From Betaproteobacteria bacterium (GTDB lineage: Bacteria; Pseudomonadota; Gammaproteobacteria; Burkholderiales; SG8-41): a DNA stretch of 47,975 nt. Under the pieces are notes generated by a model. The model saw only the letters and a program-made list of their open reading frames with translations. It was not told the DNA's origin and did no database searches. Below, piece by piece: positions 38,204 to 47,975 of the stretch; the first letter of the stretch is position 1, and each line of letters starts with the position of its first letter. The stretch covers positions 1-47,975 of the forward strand of contig JAOTTL010000003.1 of assembly GCA_029864385.1 (NCBI GenBank), read 5' to 3'. The translations under genes were made by a program, and so were the position numbers.

Positions 38204-38736
38204 TGGCGGCAGCCTCGAGCACCCGGTTGTTTTTCGCTGCATGGCCTGCGCCCGATGTGCAGCATGCGTTGGGCGGCTTTGCGCGCTCGGCGCAGCGTGA
38301 GTGCGACGGTCGCGTCGTGCCCGCCCACAATATCCATCTCACGCTCGTGTTCCTCGGCGCGGTTCCGCGCGAGCGCCTCGACGGACTCGAGACGCTCGCG
38401 GCGACGATCGTGGGAGAGCCGTTTACGCTGGCGGTCGACCACGTGGATTACTGGCGCCACAACCGGATCGTCTGGGCCGGCGTCAAGGAGTGCCCGGATG
38501 GTTTGACCGCGCTGGTGAAGCGGATTGCACAGGTGCTCACCGGCGCGGGTTTCCAGCTCGATAACCGACCTTACGTGCCGCATGTCACTCTGCTGCGGGA
38601 CGCGGCCCGCGCGCCCGCCCAGAACCGGCTCGCCCCCATTGCGTGGCCGGTAACCGAATTCGCCCTCGTCGAATCGGTCCAGCTCGATCACTCGCACCTG
38701 TACGAGGTACTGCAATCCTGGCCGCTGGGGACTTAG
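38203..38736 (+). CDS. thpR: RNA 2',3'-cyclic phosphodiesterase (2H family)
   Basis: RLFFA start and two HxT motifs (HLTL, PHVTL); start GTG 38203, or 38065 if the repeat is translated. Confidence 0.92.
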   Translation: MAAASSTRLFFAAWPAPDVQHALGGFARSAQRECDGRVVPAHNIHLTLVFLGAVPRERLDGLETLAATIVGEPFTLAVDHVDYWRHNRIVWAGVKECPDGLTALVKRIAQVLTGAGFQLDNRPYVPHVTLLRDAARAPAQNRLAPIAWPVTEFALVESVQLDHSHLYEVLQSWPLGT

Positions 38737-38754
38737 AGCGCGTAACAGAATCGG

Positions 38755-40983
<2,229 letters not shown>

Positions 40984-41286
40984 AGTGGGATTCTGGTACA
41001 AAAACCGGAGGGATTACAGGAGGCGGACATCGATCGGATACAACCCCGGGAGCGGATCATGACACCCTTGAGCACCCCCGACAAGCTGTTTAAGCGCCCC
41101 TAACAGGATGAAACGCGCGTGCGGTGCGGGCTGGCACGATTCTTGGCCCATAGTGCCCTCTCTGATTTACCCTGAAACTGGCTAATCCAACACTTTTCGC
41201 ATGTTCCCCGCCAAATCGTCGCTTCAAATTCACGCGGAATCGACATACCCATAGCGCATTCAGGTGCAACGTAGCTGCGAGTAAGT

Positions 41287-41381
41287 GGCTAACGCCTTGC
41301 TCCGCTTGAGGGATGTCAACTGCAAGCGCACAATGACACCTTACAAACCGCCTAATTTGTCAACCAATTCACTTGTTGGGC
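41287..41381 (+). other. Degenerate attC-like site upstream of the hemolysin III gene
   Basis: Starts GGCTAAC (R''-like) and ends GTTGGGC (exact GTTRRRY), followed by RBS AGGAG and ATG; internal pairing is weak. Confidence 0.4.
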
Positions 41382-41399
41382 CGTGTAGGAGATGCCGCG

Positions 41400-42053
41400 A
41401 TGGTCGAAGTTTCGGGGTTGCAAGAGCGGCCGCAGTCCCTCGGCGAGGAGATCGCCAACAGCGTTAGCCACGGTCTCGGCTTGCTGGCGGCGCTCGCTGC
41501 CTTCCCGGTTCTTGTCACCGCCGCGCATCAACGTGGAAACGTAACCGAAATCGTAGGCGCGAGCGTGTTCGCGACCACCGTGGTGCTGCTGTATCTCACA
41601 TCCGCGCTCTTTCACGCTTTGCCGGGGTGCCGCGCGAAGCGCGTATTCCAGATTCTCGATCACTCGGCAATCTACCTCCTCATCGCCGGGACCTACACGC
41701 CGTTTACCCTCGGCGTGCTCCGCGGCGCCTGGGGCTGGACGCTGTTCGGGCTCGTGTGGGGCTTCGCCGTCGTCGGTACGGTGCTGAAGGTCTTCGGCGG
41801 CGTTCGAGACACGACGATCTCGACGTGGGTGTATCTCGCGATGGGTTGGTTGATCCTAATCGCGGCCGATGTGGTGTGGACTCTTGTGCCCAATTGGGGG
41901 CTTTTCTGGCTGATCGCAGGGGGTATCGCTTATACGGCAGGTGCGGCGTTTTTTATGGCGGAACGAATCAGATACTTTCACTTTGTGTGGCACCTGTTCG
42001 TTATCGCGGGCACGGCGTGTCACTTTATCGCGGTTCTGTGGTACGCGGCCTGA
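41400..42053 (+). CDS. trhA: Hemolysin III / PAQR family membrane protein
   Basis: EEIANSVSHG, SALFH, LDHSAIYLLIAGTYTP, HFVWHLFV; about seven TM helices. Confidence 0.92.
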   Translation: MVEVSGLQERPQSLGEEIANSVSHGLGLLAALAAFPVLVTAAHQRGNVTEIVGASVFATTVVLLYLTSALFHALPGCRAKRVFQILDHSAIYLLIAGTYTPFTLGVLRGAWGWTLFGLVWGFAVVGTVLKVFGGVRDTTISTWVYLAMGWLILIAADVVWTLVPNWGLFWLIAGGIAYTAGAAFFMAERIRYFHFVWHLFVIAGTACHFIAVLWYAA

Positions 42054-42105
42054 CCAAGCGCTGCAGCCGATCACAGGACGCGGCGGCTGAGCGCCAACGT
42101 TGAGG
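42048..42105 (+). other. attC-like integron recombination site (58 bp)
   Basis: GCCTGAC (R''-like, contains the stop codon), GCGCTgCAGCCG pairing with CGGCTGAGCGC with one extra base, ending GTTGAGG (R'-like). Confidence 0.6.
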
Positions 42106-42191
42106 GTGTAGAGAACGCCATGCCGTAACTTGCTTGAACGGCCGTACCCTCTACTGCTTTAGGGTCCCTTCTTCAGAAGGGAGAACGTGAG

Positions 42192-42476
42192 ATGCGATCT
42201 CTTATCATTACCGTCATAACGCTCTTTCTCGCTGTTACAGTAGGGTGTGCTGGTAATCCGAACAGCTCTTTAGCGATGCGGTGCGACAATGGCCTGGAAG
42301 TGGCCTATAAAGAACTGGACTTCGCCAAGGCCAATGGTTTTGACGGCACCGTGGAATATTCAAAAGCGGCCAGTTTGCTGGCGGCCGCAAAGATCCAGTC
42401 GGAATTTGGCAAATATCCCAACTGTATAGACAAGGTCCAGCGAGCCAGGGCTTATATCGTTAAATCAAGGAAATGA
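42192..42476 (+). CDS. Small hypothetical lipoprotein
   Basis: GGGAG RBS, lipobox TVGC, two further Cys, helical; visibly lower GC than neighbours. Confidence 0.75.
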   Translation: MRSLIITVITLFLAVTVGCAGNPNSSLAMRCDNGLEVAYKELDFAKANGFDGTVEYSKAASLLAAAKIQSEFGKYPNCIDKVQRARAYIVKSRK

Positions 42477-42496
42477 TAAGCGGCTCGATTCGCAAG

Positions 42497-43810
42497 CTAA
42501 ACCGTTCGCGCCAAAGGCAGCTCGACCCGCGCCTGCAAACCTCCGCCATCGCGCGGCGCGAGTTTGACGTCCCCGCCGTGCATGTGGGCAATGCGCTCGA
42601 CGATCGCGAGCCCGAGCCCGGTGCCGCTTCCTGAGCGCGCGTTATCCTTGCGCGTGAAGGGCCGCATCATCTGCTCGACCGCTTCCACAGGAATGCCCGG
42701 TCCGCGGTCGAGTACGTCGATAACGGCCCGGCCGTTTTCGGCCGCTGTCCGGACCTCGACTTCGCCATTGCCGTGGCGGAGCGCGTTGTCGATCAGGTTG
42801 GCGATCAACCGCTGGACGGCCAGGGGGCGCAACGGCAGAGGCGGCAGCTCCGCGAGCTGCAGTTTGAGGGGCTTGCCGCCACGCGCATAGCGCTCGCCAA
42901 TGCCGTGCACGATGGCGTTGAGGTCGCCATCGTTGACGACGGCCTCTCCCTGCCCCGCGCGCGCGAAGTCCAGAAACTGATTGATCGCAGCATCGATGTC
43001 ATCGATGTCTTGCACCATCCCGGAGGTAAGCGCAGCGTCCTCCTGGTTCGGGAGCATCTCGATGCCGAGACGGATGCGTGAGAGCGGCGTGCGAAGGTCG
43101 TGAGACACCCCGGCCAGCAGGAGCGCGCGCTCGTCATCGGCGCGCTTCAGGTCCGCCGTCATTTGATTGAACGCGCCCGCAAGCGTGCGGATCTCCGTGG
43201 GCCCGGTCTCGACAATCGGGGGCGGGGTGCGCCCGCGGCCCACCTCCGCTGCGGCGCGGCTCAGCGCCTTTAGCGGGCGGTTAACGCGCGCGACAATCAA
43301 GGTCGCGCCGATGAGAGAGAGCGCAAGCACCAGCGCGCCCCATCCGATCCAGCGCAGGGGGTCGTTGAGCTCCAGCCGCGAGCGCGGAAGGAAGACCCAG
43401 TACTCGTCCCCGTCGATTTCAAAACTGACCCACGTGCCACGTACCCCGTCACGGCTCACGGCGAGGCGGGTGCTCGTGCCGAGCTTGCGCTTGAGGTCGT
43501 CCTCGACGATATTGAGGAACGGCCGGTCTGGCAGGGGCGCGGTGCGCTCTTCGGGCTCGCCGACGTAGACCTGGATTCCCTCCTCGCGGGACAGATCCTG
43601 CAACAGTGCCAGACGTTTCGAAGGCTGCGCGCTAATCAGCGCCGCGCGTGTGAGGTTGACGACGCTCACGATCTGCTGCGCGACCCGGTGCGCGCGTGGC
43701 TCACGCTCGGTCACACGCAGAATCGCGAGCCAGGCGAGGTGCGCGACGATCATCACCAGCGCGATGAGCAGCACGCTGCGCCAGAGCAGCGTGCGTGGCC
43801 ACAATGTCAT
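42497..43810 (-). CDS. envZ: EnvZ-like sensor histidine kinase
   Basis: Two TMs, HAMP, GVSHDLRTPL, NLIDNA, DRGPGI, GTGLGLAIV; ATG 43810 (MTLWPRTLLWR). Confidence 0.9.
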   Translation of the reverse strand: MTLWPRTLLWRSVLLIALVMIVAHLAWLAILRVTEREPRAHRVAQQIVSVVNLTRAALISAQPSKRLALLQDLSREEGIQVYVGEPEERTAPLPDRPFLNIVEDDLKRKLGTSTRLAVSRDGVRGTWVSFEIDGDEYWVFLPRSRLELNDPLRWIGWGALVLALSLIGATLIVARVNRPLKALSRAAAEVGRGRTPPPIVETGPTEIRTLAGAFNQMTADLKRADDERALLLAGVSHDLRTPLSRIRLGIEMLPNQEDAALTSGMVQDIDDIDAAINQFLDFARAGQGEAVVNDGDLNAIVHGIGERYARGGKPLKLQLAELPPLPLRPLAVQRLIANLIDNALRHGNGEVEVRTAAENGRAVIDVLDRGPGIPVEAVEQMMRPFTRKDNARSGSGTGLGLAIVERIAHMHGGDVKLAPRDGGGLQARVELPLARTV

Positions 43811-43818
43811 GACGGAGC

Positions 43819-43946
43819 GTGACGGGTGATAGGTGACAGGTGACCGGAAAAAACCGTGACCGGTGACCAGTAACCGGTGACCGGAAACATCCAAATTGCC
43901 GATTTCGTCAAATCACTCGCCACTCGTCACTCGTCACTCGTCACTG
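43819..43946. repeat. 7-mer tandem-repeat hairpin at the ompR/envZ junction
   Basis: Two blocks of four GTGACCG-like units (43819-43846, 43856-43883) opposed by about five TCACTCG units (43913-43946). Confidence 0.9.
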
Positions 43947-44667
43947 GGCCTTTGCCGTCGGGGATGAAGACATAGCCGAAGCCCCACACGGTCTGAAGGA
44001 AGGCGGGCTTGGACGGATCCGCCTCGATGAGCTTCCGGAGCCGCGAGACCTGCACATCGATCGACCGGTCGAACGCCCCGAATTCACGTCCGCGGGCAAG
44101 CTCCATCAGCTTGTCGCGCGAGAGCGGGGTGCGCGGATGCTGCGTGAGCACTTTGAGCAGCGCAAACTCCCCCGTCGTGAGGGGCACCTCCGCGCCACCG
44201 CGGGTGAGCGAGCGCGCGGCAAGATCGAGGTGGAAAGATCCGAACTCGACAACCTGGTGATCGGCGCTCGGCGCGCCGGGCGGGGCCGGCGGCGGCTGAC
44301 GTCGCAGCACGGCCTGGATGCGGGCTACCAGCTCGCGCGGATTGAACGGTTTGGGCAGGTAATCATCGGCGCCGATCTCGAGCCCGACGATCCGGTCTAC
44401 TTCGTCGCCCTTGGCGGTGAGCATGATGATCGGCATCTTCTCGCCGCCGCCGCGCAGCCGCCGGCAAATGGAAAGACCGTCTTCGCCCGGCAGCATCAGA
44501 TCGAGAATCATCAGGTCGTAGCGCTCGCGGGCCAACTGCCGGTTCATTTCGGTCGCGTCGTGGACGACACGCACCGCGAATCCCTGCTCATTGAGGTAAC
44601 GGTTGAGCAGATCGCGCAGCCGCGCATCATCGTCGACCACGAGAATCTTTGTCTTGCTTTCAGCCAT
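43927..44667 (-). CDS. ompR: Response regulator OmpR
   Basis: ILVVDDD, LDLMLPGEDG, KPFNPREL, RSIDVQVSRLR, QTVWGFGY. Confidence 0.95.
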   Translation of the reverse strand: MAESKTKILVVDDDARLRDLLNRYLNEQGFAVRVVHDATEMNRQLARERYDLMILDLMLPGEDGLSICRRLRGGGEKMPIIMLTAKGDEVDRIVGLEIGADDYLPKPFNPRELVARIQAVLRRQPPPAPPGAPSADHQVVEFGSFHLDLAARSLTRGGAEVPLTTGEFALLKVLTQHPRTPLSRDKLMELARGREFGAFDRSIDVQVSRLRKLIEADPSKPAFLQTVWGFGYVFIPDGKGPVTSDE

Positions 44668-45123
44668 GGGCCAATCGTACCCGCTCGAACCAACCGGTGC
44701 CACAACATTGTAAGTCTTTATTGCGGCTGCTGCGCTTGCAACAGTCTGTTACAAAAAGTGAAGTTTCTGCAATGAATGTTGCCGGTTGCGCCGCTAGTCT
44801 GGGCGGCAGGCGGATCGGCGATAGGCGTGCCGGGCGCGGACAAAGTCGGTATTGGCGTTGCCGGGGATACACGTGATTTTTCCCGACGTGTACTTCCCGT
44901 GGTCGCAATGAGCCGCAGGCGGGACGGCCGTGGCATTTGTCACACGACCTTGCGGGCCGGCCCGCCATCGAAACATCTTGTTACAAACAGGTCCCAATGG
45001 AAACAGTCGATTTACATGCTCGGTTTAGCATGCATCAACGCCTGAATCCATTGGGGCGTCGCCGGCGGCAAGGGCCGAACAAGGCCCGCGCAACACCGGC
45101 ATTAACTTGAAACGGAGACAAGC

Positions 45124-45885
45124 ATGAAGAGCATGACAATCAGTGCACTGTTGGTAGCATTACTCGCGGGCGTGGTCGCGGTGCCCGCCGTGGCGGCGGA
45201 GCGTGAGCGCGGCATGCGCGAACGCGGTGTCAACGCACGCCAGCAGACGCAGCAGCAACGCATCCGTCAAGGCGTGCGGCAAGGCGACTTGACACGCGGC
45301 GAGACGCGCAACCTGCAGCGTGAGTCCCGCAACGTGCGCCGCGAACAGCGGGCCTTCCGGGCTGATGGAAATCTGAGCGCTAGCGAGCGGCGGCATCTCA
45401 ACCGTGATCGCAATCGTCTCTCGCGCGATATTCATCGCCAGCGTAACAACGGTCAGCGTCGCTTCACGAATCGCGGCAGTGATCGGCGCTTCGCGAATCG
45501 CGGCCAAGGGCATGCATTCGGGCGTCACGGCACCGATCGCCGATCCTGGGGTCGAGGCGCCGAACGCCGTTTCGGGACCCACGGCAGTCATCCCCGTTTC
45601 GGCAATCGGTGGGGTCATCGCTCTCAGAGCCGGGCTTCGTCGCGTATCGATAGGATGCAGGCTAAGCAGCACCGTCGTATCGTGCCGGGTATACGCTCCG
45701 GTGAGCTAACGCAGCGCGAAGCACGGCGCTTGCGCGGCGAGCAGCGCATGATCCGGCGCCAGGAGCGTGCTTATCTCGCCGACGGCCGTCTAAGCCGTGG
45801 CGAGCGGCGCGACCTCTACGGGGATCTACGCAGCGCGAACCGGCCCATCTATAATCAGACTCACGATGCCCAGACGCGGCGTTGA
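45124..45885 (+). CDS. Arg-rich exported protein with internal duplication
   Basis: GGAG RBS, signal peptide (AVA-A), two copies of QxxRIxxGxxxGxLTxxExRxL...ADGxLSxxERRxL. Confidence 0.8.
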   Translation: MKSMTISALLVALLAGVVAVPAVAAERERGMRERGVNARQQTQQQRIRQGVRQGDLTRGETRNLQRESRNVRREQRAFRADGNLSASERRHLNRDRNRLSRDIHRQRNNGQRRFTNRGSDRRFANRGQGHAFGRHGTDRRSWGRGAERRFGTHGSHPRFGNRWGHRSQSRASSRIDRMQAKQHRRIVPGIRSGELTQREARRLRGEQRMIRRQERAYLADGRLSRGERRDLYGDLRSANRPIYNQTHDAQTRR

Positions 45886-45900
45886 TCGATAGGTGCCCTT

Positions 45901-46185
45901 GTGAAAATGCTGTTCCTGGTTGCTGCGGTGAGTGCGCTGTTGCTGCCGTCGCCGGCCGATGCCCGCGATTGGCGCCGCTCCGGCGCATTCCTCCAGACTC
46001 AGGCGCGGCAGGCCGACAAGGACCGAGATCAGTATCGGCGCGGCAGCCGTGATGCGCGGCGCACCGAGCGTAACGGCCGCAACCGGGGACGCCGTGACCA
46101 CCTAACCGAGGAAGAGCGGCGCGAATTACATCGCGACCTCGACCGGGCGCGGCGCGAGATCTACCGGCGCGATCGAAGCCGCTAG
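45901..46185 (+). CDS. Small Arg-rich exported hypothetical protein
   Basis: Signal peptide (ADA), LTEEERRELHRDL...REIY C-terminus. Confidence 0.7.
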   Translation: MKMLFLVAAVSALLLPSPADARDWRRSGAFLQTQARQADKDRDQYRRGSRDARRTERNGRNRGRRDHLTEEERRELHRDLDRARREIYRRDRSR

Positions 46186-46205
46186 CCTGTACGACCTCGG
46201 GTGTT

Positions 46206-46427
46206 TTGGCGCTAGCGGCCCTGGCGTGTCGGGTGCGCGGCGGGCGCTACGGGCGGGCACCTGGCCTGTCTCGCCTGGAGGGTAACGGGAACATGCCGTT
46301 CGCCGTGGATTTTCGCGATCTCTATGCGAAGGTGCTCGAGTGCTGGTGGGGCGTTGACTCGGCTCGAGCCCTCATCGACCGTTTCGCGCCCGTCGGGCTG
46401 CTGCGGGCCGTCATGACGGCGTATTAG
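46206..46427 (+). pseudogene. C-terminal fragment of a DUF1501-like gene
   Basis: RVRGGRYGRAPGLSRLEGNGNMPFAVDFRDLYAKVLECWWG matches the usual DUF1501 C-terminus; the N-terminal part is absent. Confidence 0.65.
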
Positions 46428-46575
46428 GACCCAGGCCGAAGGCGCCCGGGGCCGGCGGCCGGCTTCCTCGCTTAGGTCGCCTCAAGAGGCTAAAATAGCG
46501 TTGCTGCCCGGGCCTGGACGCCCTGGGCGGGGGTTTTTGCAGGCTCAAGACCAATAACTCCGGGACAACCAGGCC

Positions 46576-47706
46576 ATGCTTGCTACGCGCATCCGACAGA
46601 AGGACAGCATCTTTTATTTCGCGAGTTGTCCGGCGAAGGACATTCTGGGCAAGGTCAGGTTCATCAGCCGCTATTACGGGGAGGGGGAGCAGATCGCGCC
46701 GCAGGTGATCTCGCAGACCGACGAGATCGCCCAGTTCATCGCCCGCATTGAGCACAACGACGCCGCCTTCCAGCGACAACTCTCTCGCGCCAAGGTGAGG
46801 GCGCTGAAGAACTTTTACGAAATGGCGGTCGGCCAGCCGCCGCTACCCGGCACCGTGCTGCTCTTCACGCACGAGACGCTCGGCTTCCAGGCGCTAAGTG
46901 GCGAGCAGAGCGTGGGGCGTCTGCAGGAACCGCAGTCGAAGTACCTCATCATCGACGGCCAGCATCGGCTGGCCGCATTGCATTTCTACCTGCGCGAGCG
47001 GCCAGGCGAAGGCAACAACCTTCAAGTGCCGTGCATCATCTTCGATGGCCGGAGCGAGGACTTCGCCGCCGAGATGTTCGTCATCATCAATTCCACGCCG
47101 ACGCGCATCAACAAGAGCCACTTGGTGGACCTCTATGAGCGCATCTCCTGGGCCGATCCGGACCGGCGCTTCGCGGCGCGTCTGGTGGAGAAGCTCTACA
47201 GCGAGGGTGACAGCCCGCTCCGGTACCGCATCAACCGGCTCGGGGGGCGTAGCCAGCAGGACAAGTGGATCCTGCAGGCGGAGCTCTTCAACGAGCTGCA
47301 CCGCTGGGTGAGCGGCGAATGGCGCAAGATTCAGCGCGCGTCGCACGTGAGCCGCGAGGCCGAGCGCTACTACGCGATCGTGCGGGACTTCCTCAAGGCC
47401 GCGCAACGGGTCTGGGGCAACGGCTGGGGCCATCCCAACTACATGGTTACCAAGCCGGTAACGTTGAAAGCGATGATTCGCGTGTGCGCTGACCTTGCCC
47501 GCGACGATGCCGATCCGACTGACGGGCGCCAGCAACGCTGGGAGGCCCGGCTCGCGCCGTGGACCGAGAAAGTGCGCGAGTTTCGCGTCGAAGGTTTCTA
47601 CGAGCGCTTCCCCGCGAAGGGACAGATCGAGCGCGTTACGCGCATCCACCGCGACCTCGATCGACTCGCGCACATCGAACCGCGCGCCAGGGCTGCGCGC
47701 GACTGA
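46576..47706 (+). CDS. DGQHR domain protein (DndB-like, ParB/Srx-related)
   Basis: FQRQL, IIDGQHRLAAL, MFVIIN motifs. Confidence 0.9.
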   Translation: MLATRIRQKDSIFYFASCPAKDILGKVRFISRYYGEGEQIAPQVISQTDEIAQFIARIEHNDAAFQRQLSRAKVRALKNFYEMAVGQPPLPGTVLLFTHETLGFQALSGEQSVGRLQEPQSKYLIIDGQHRLAALHFYLRERPGEGNNLQVPCIIFDGRSEDFAAEMFVIINSTPTRINKSHLVDLYERISWADPDRRFAARLVEKLYSEGDSPLRYRINRLGGRSQQDKWILQAELFNELHRWVSGEWRKIQRASHVSREAERYYAIVRDFLKAAQRVWGNGWGHPNYMVTKPVTLKAMIRVCADLARDDADPTDGRQQRWEARLAPWTEKVREFRVEGFYERFPAKGQIERVTRIHRDLDRLAHIEPRARAARD

Positions 47707-47975
47707 CACCCGCGGCACCATCGCACCCGACGAGGCGGCGCGCAGCCTTAAGCGGCGAAGTGCACGACCTCGGCCCCGCTATCGGCAAGCAATGGAGGCC
47801 ACCGCGTCGACCGCCTGCCCACCTCCGGGGTCACATCCCCGCTGAAGCGGGGCGGCTGTCGAGGTGGAGCAGGGGCCCCAATCTCAGATTGGGGATGCGA
47901 CCCGAGATCAGACGCAAAGGGACCGCCCGCCGCCCTCGACCGCCTGCGAGGTCAGATCCCCGAGCAATAAAGGTC

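Noticed and set aside
41132-41147. Sigma-54 promoter TGGCACGATTCTTGGC
   Set aside because: Good -24 box, but the -12 position reads TTGG rather than TTGC; not supportable without data.
43811-43894. N-terminal extension of EnvZ (likewise the extensions of AmrS to 34854, IspF from 37421, ferredoxin from 14379 and the lipoprotein from 17290)
   Set aside because: These extensions translate repeat or intergenic DNA; family-typical starts lie downstream.

Overview
GC-rich chromosomal window, most likely from a betaproteobacterium (inferred from the suhB-trmJ-cysE-iscR order, mfd/ispD/ispF, ompR-envZ and an RpoD with a Lys/Ala-rich N-terminus). Main blocks, left to right: (1) a left edge that looks like the end of an element integrated into the 5' end of mutS (16-codon MutS start, candidate arm-type repeats, transposase remnant); (2) suhB, trmJ, cysE and an IscR-led hybrid Fe-S operon (iscR-iscS-iscA-sufBCDSU-nfu-Rieske ferredoxin); (3) an 11-gene aryl-polyene/xanthomonadin-like type II fatty acid/polyketide cluster; (4) DUF1015, DM13, mfd, the AmmeMemoRadiSam trio, ispD, ispF and thpR; (5) an rpoD outside its usual dnaG context, a hemolysin-III gene bounded by attC-like sites, envZ/ompR, Arg-rich exported proteins and a solitary DGQHR protein. 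The most striking unexplained signal is non-coding: about ten hairpin elements whose arms are short tandem repeats (7, 8, 10 or 13 nt period). They sit at gene junctions, several contain the upstream gene's stop codon, and one is translated in frame inside Mfd. A second class of 32-38 bp perfect palindromes is also present. No rRNA, tRNA or CRISPR array was recognised. All calls come from reading motifs by eye; no database search was run.
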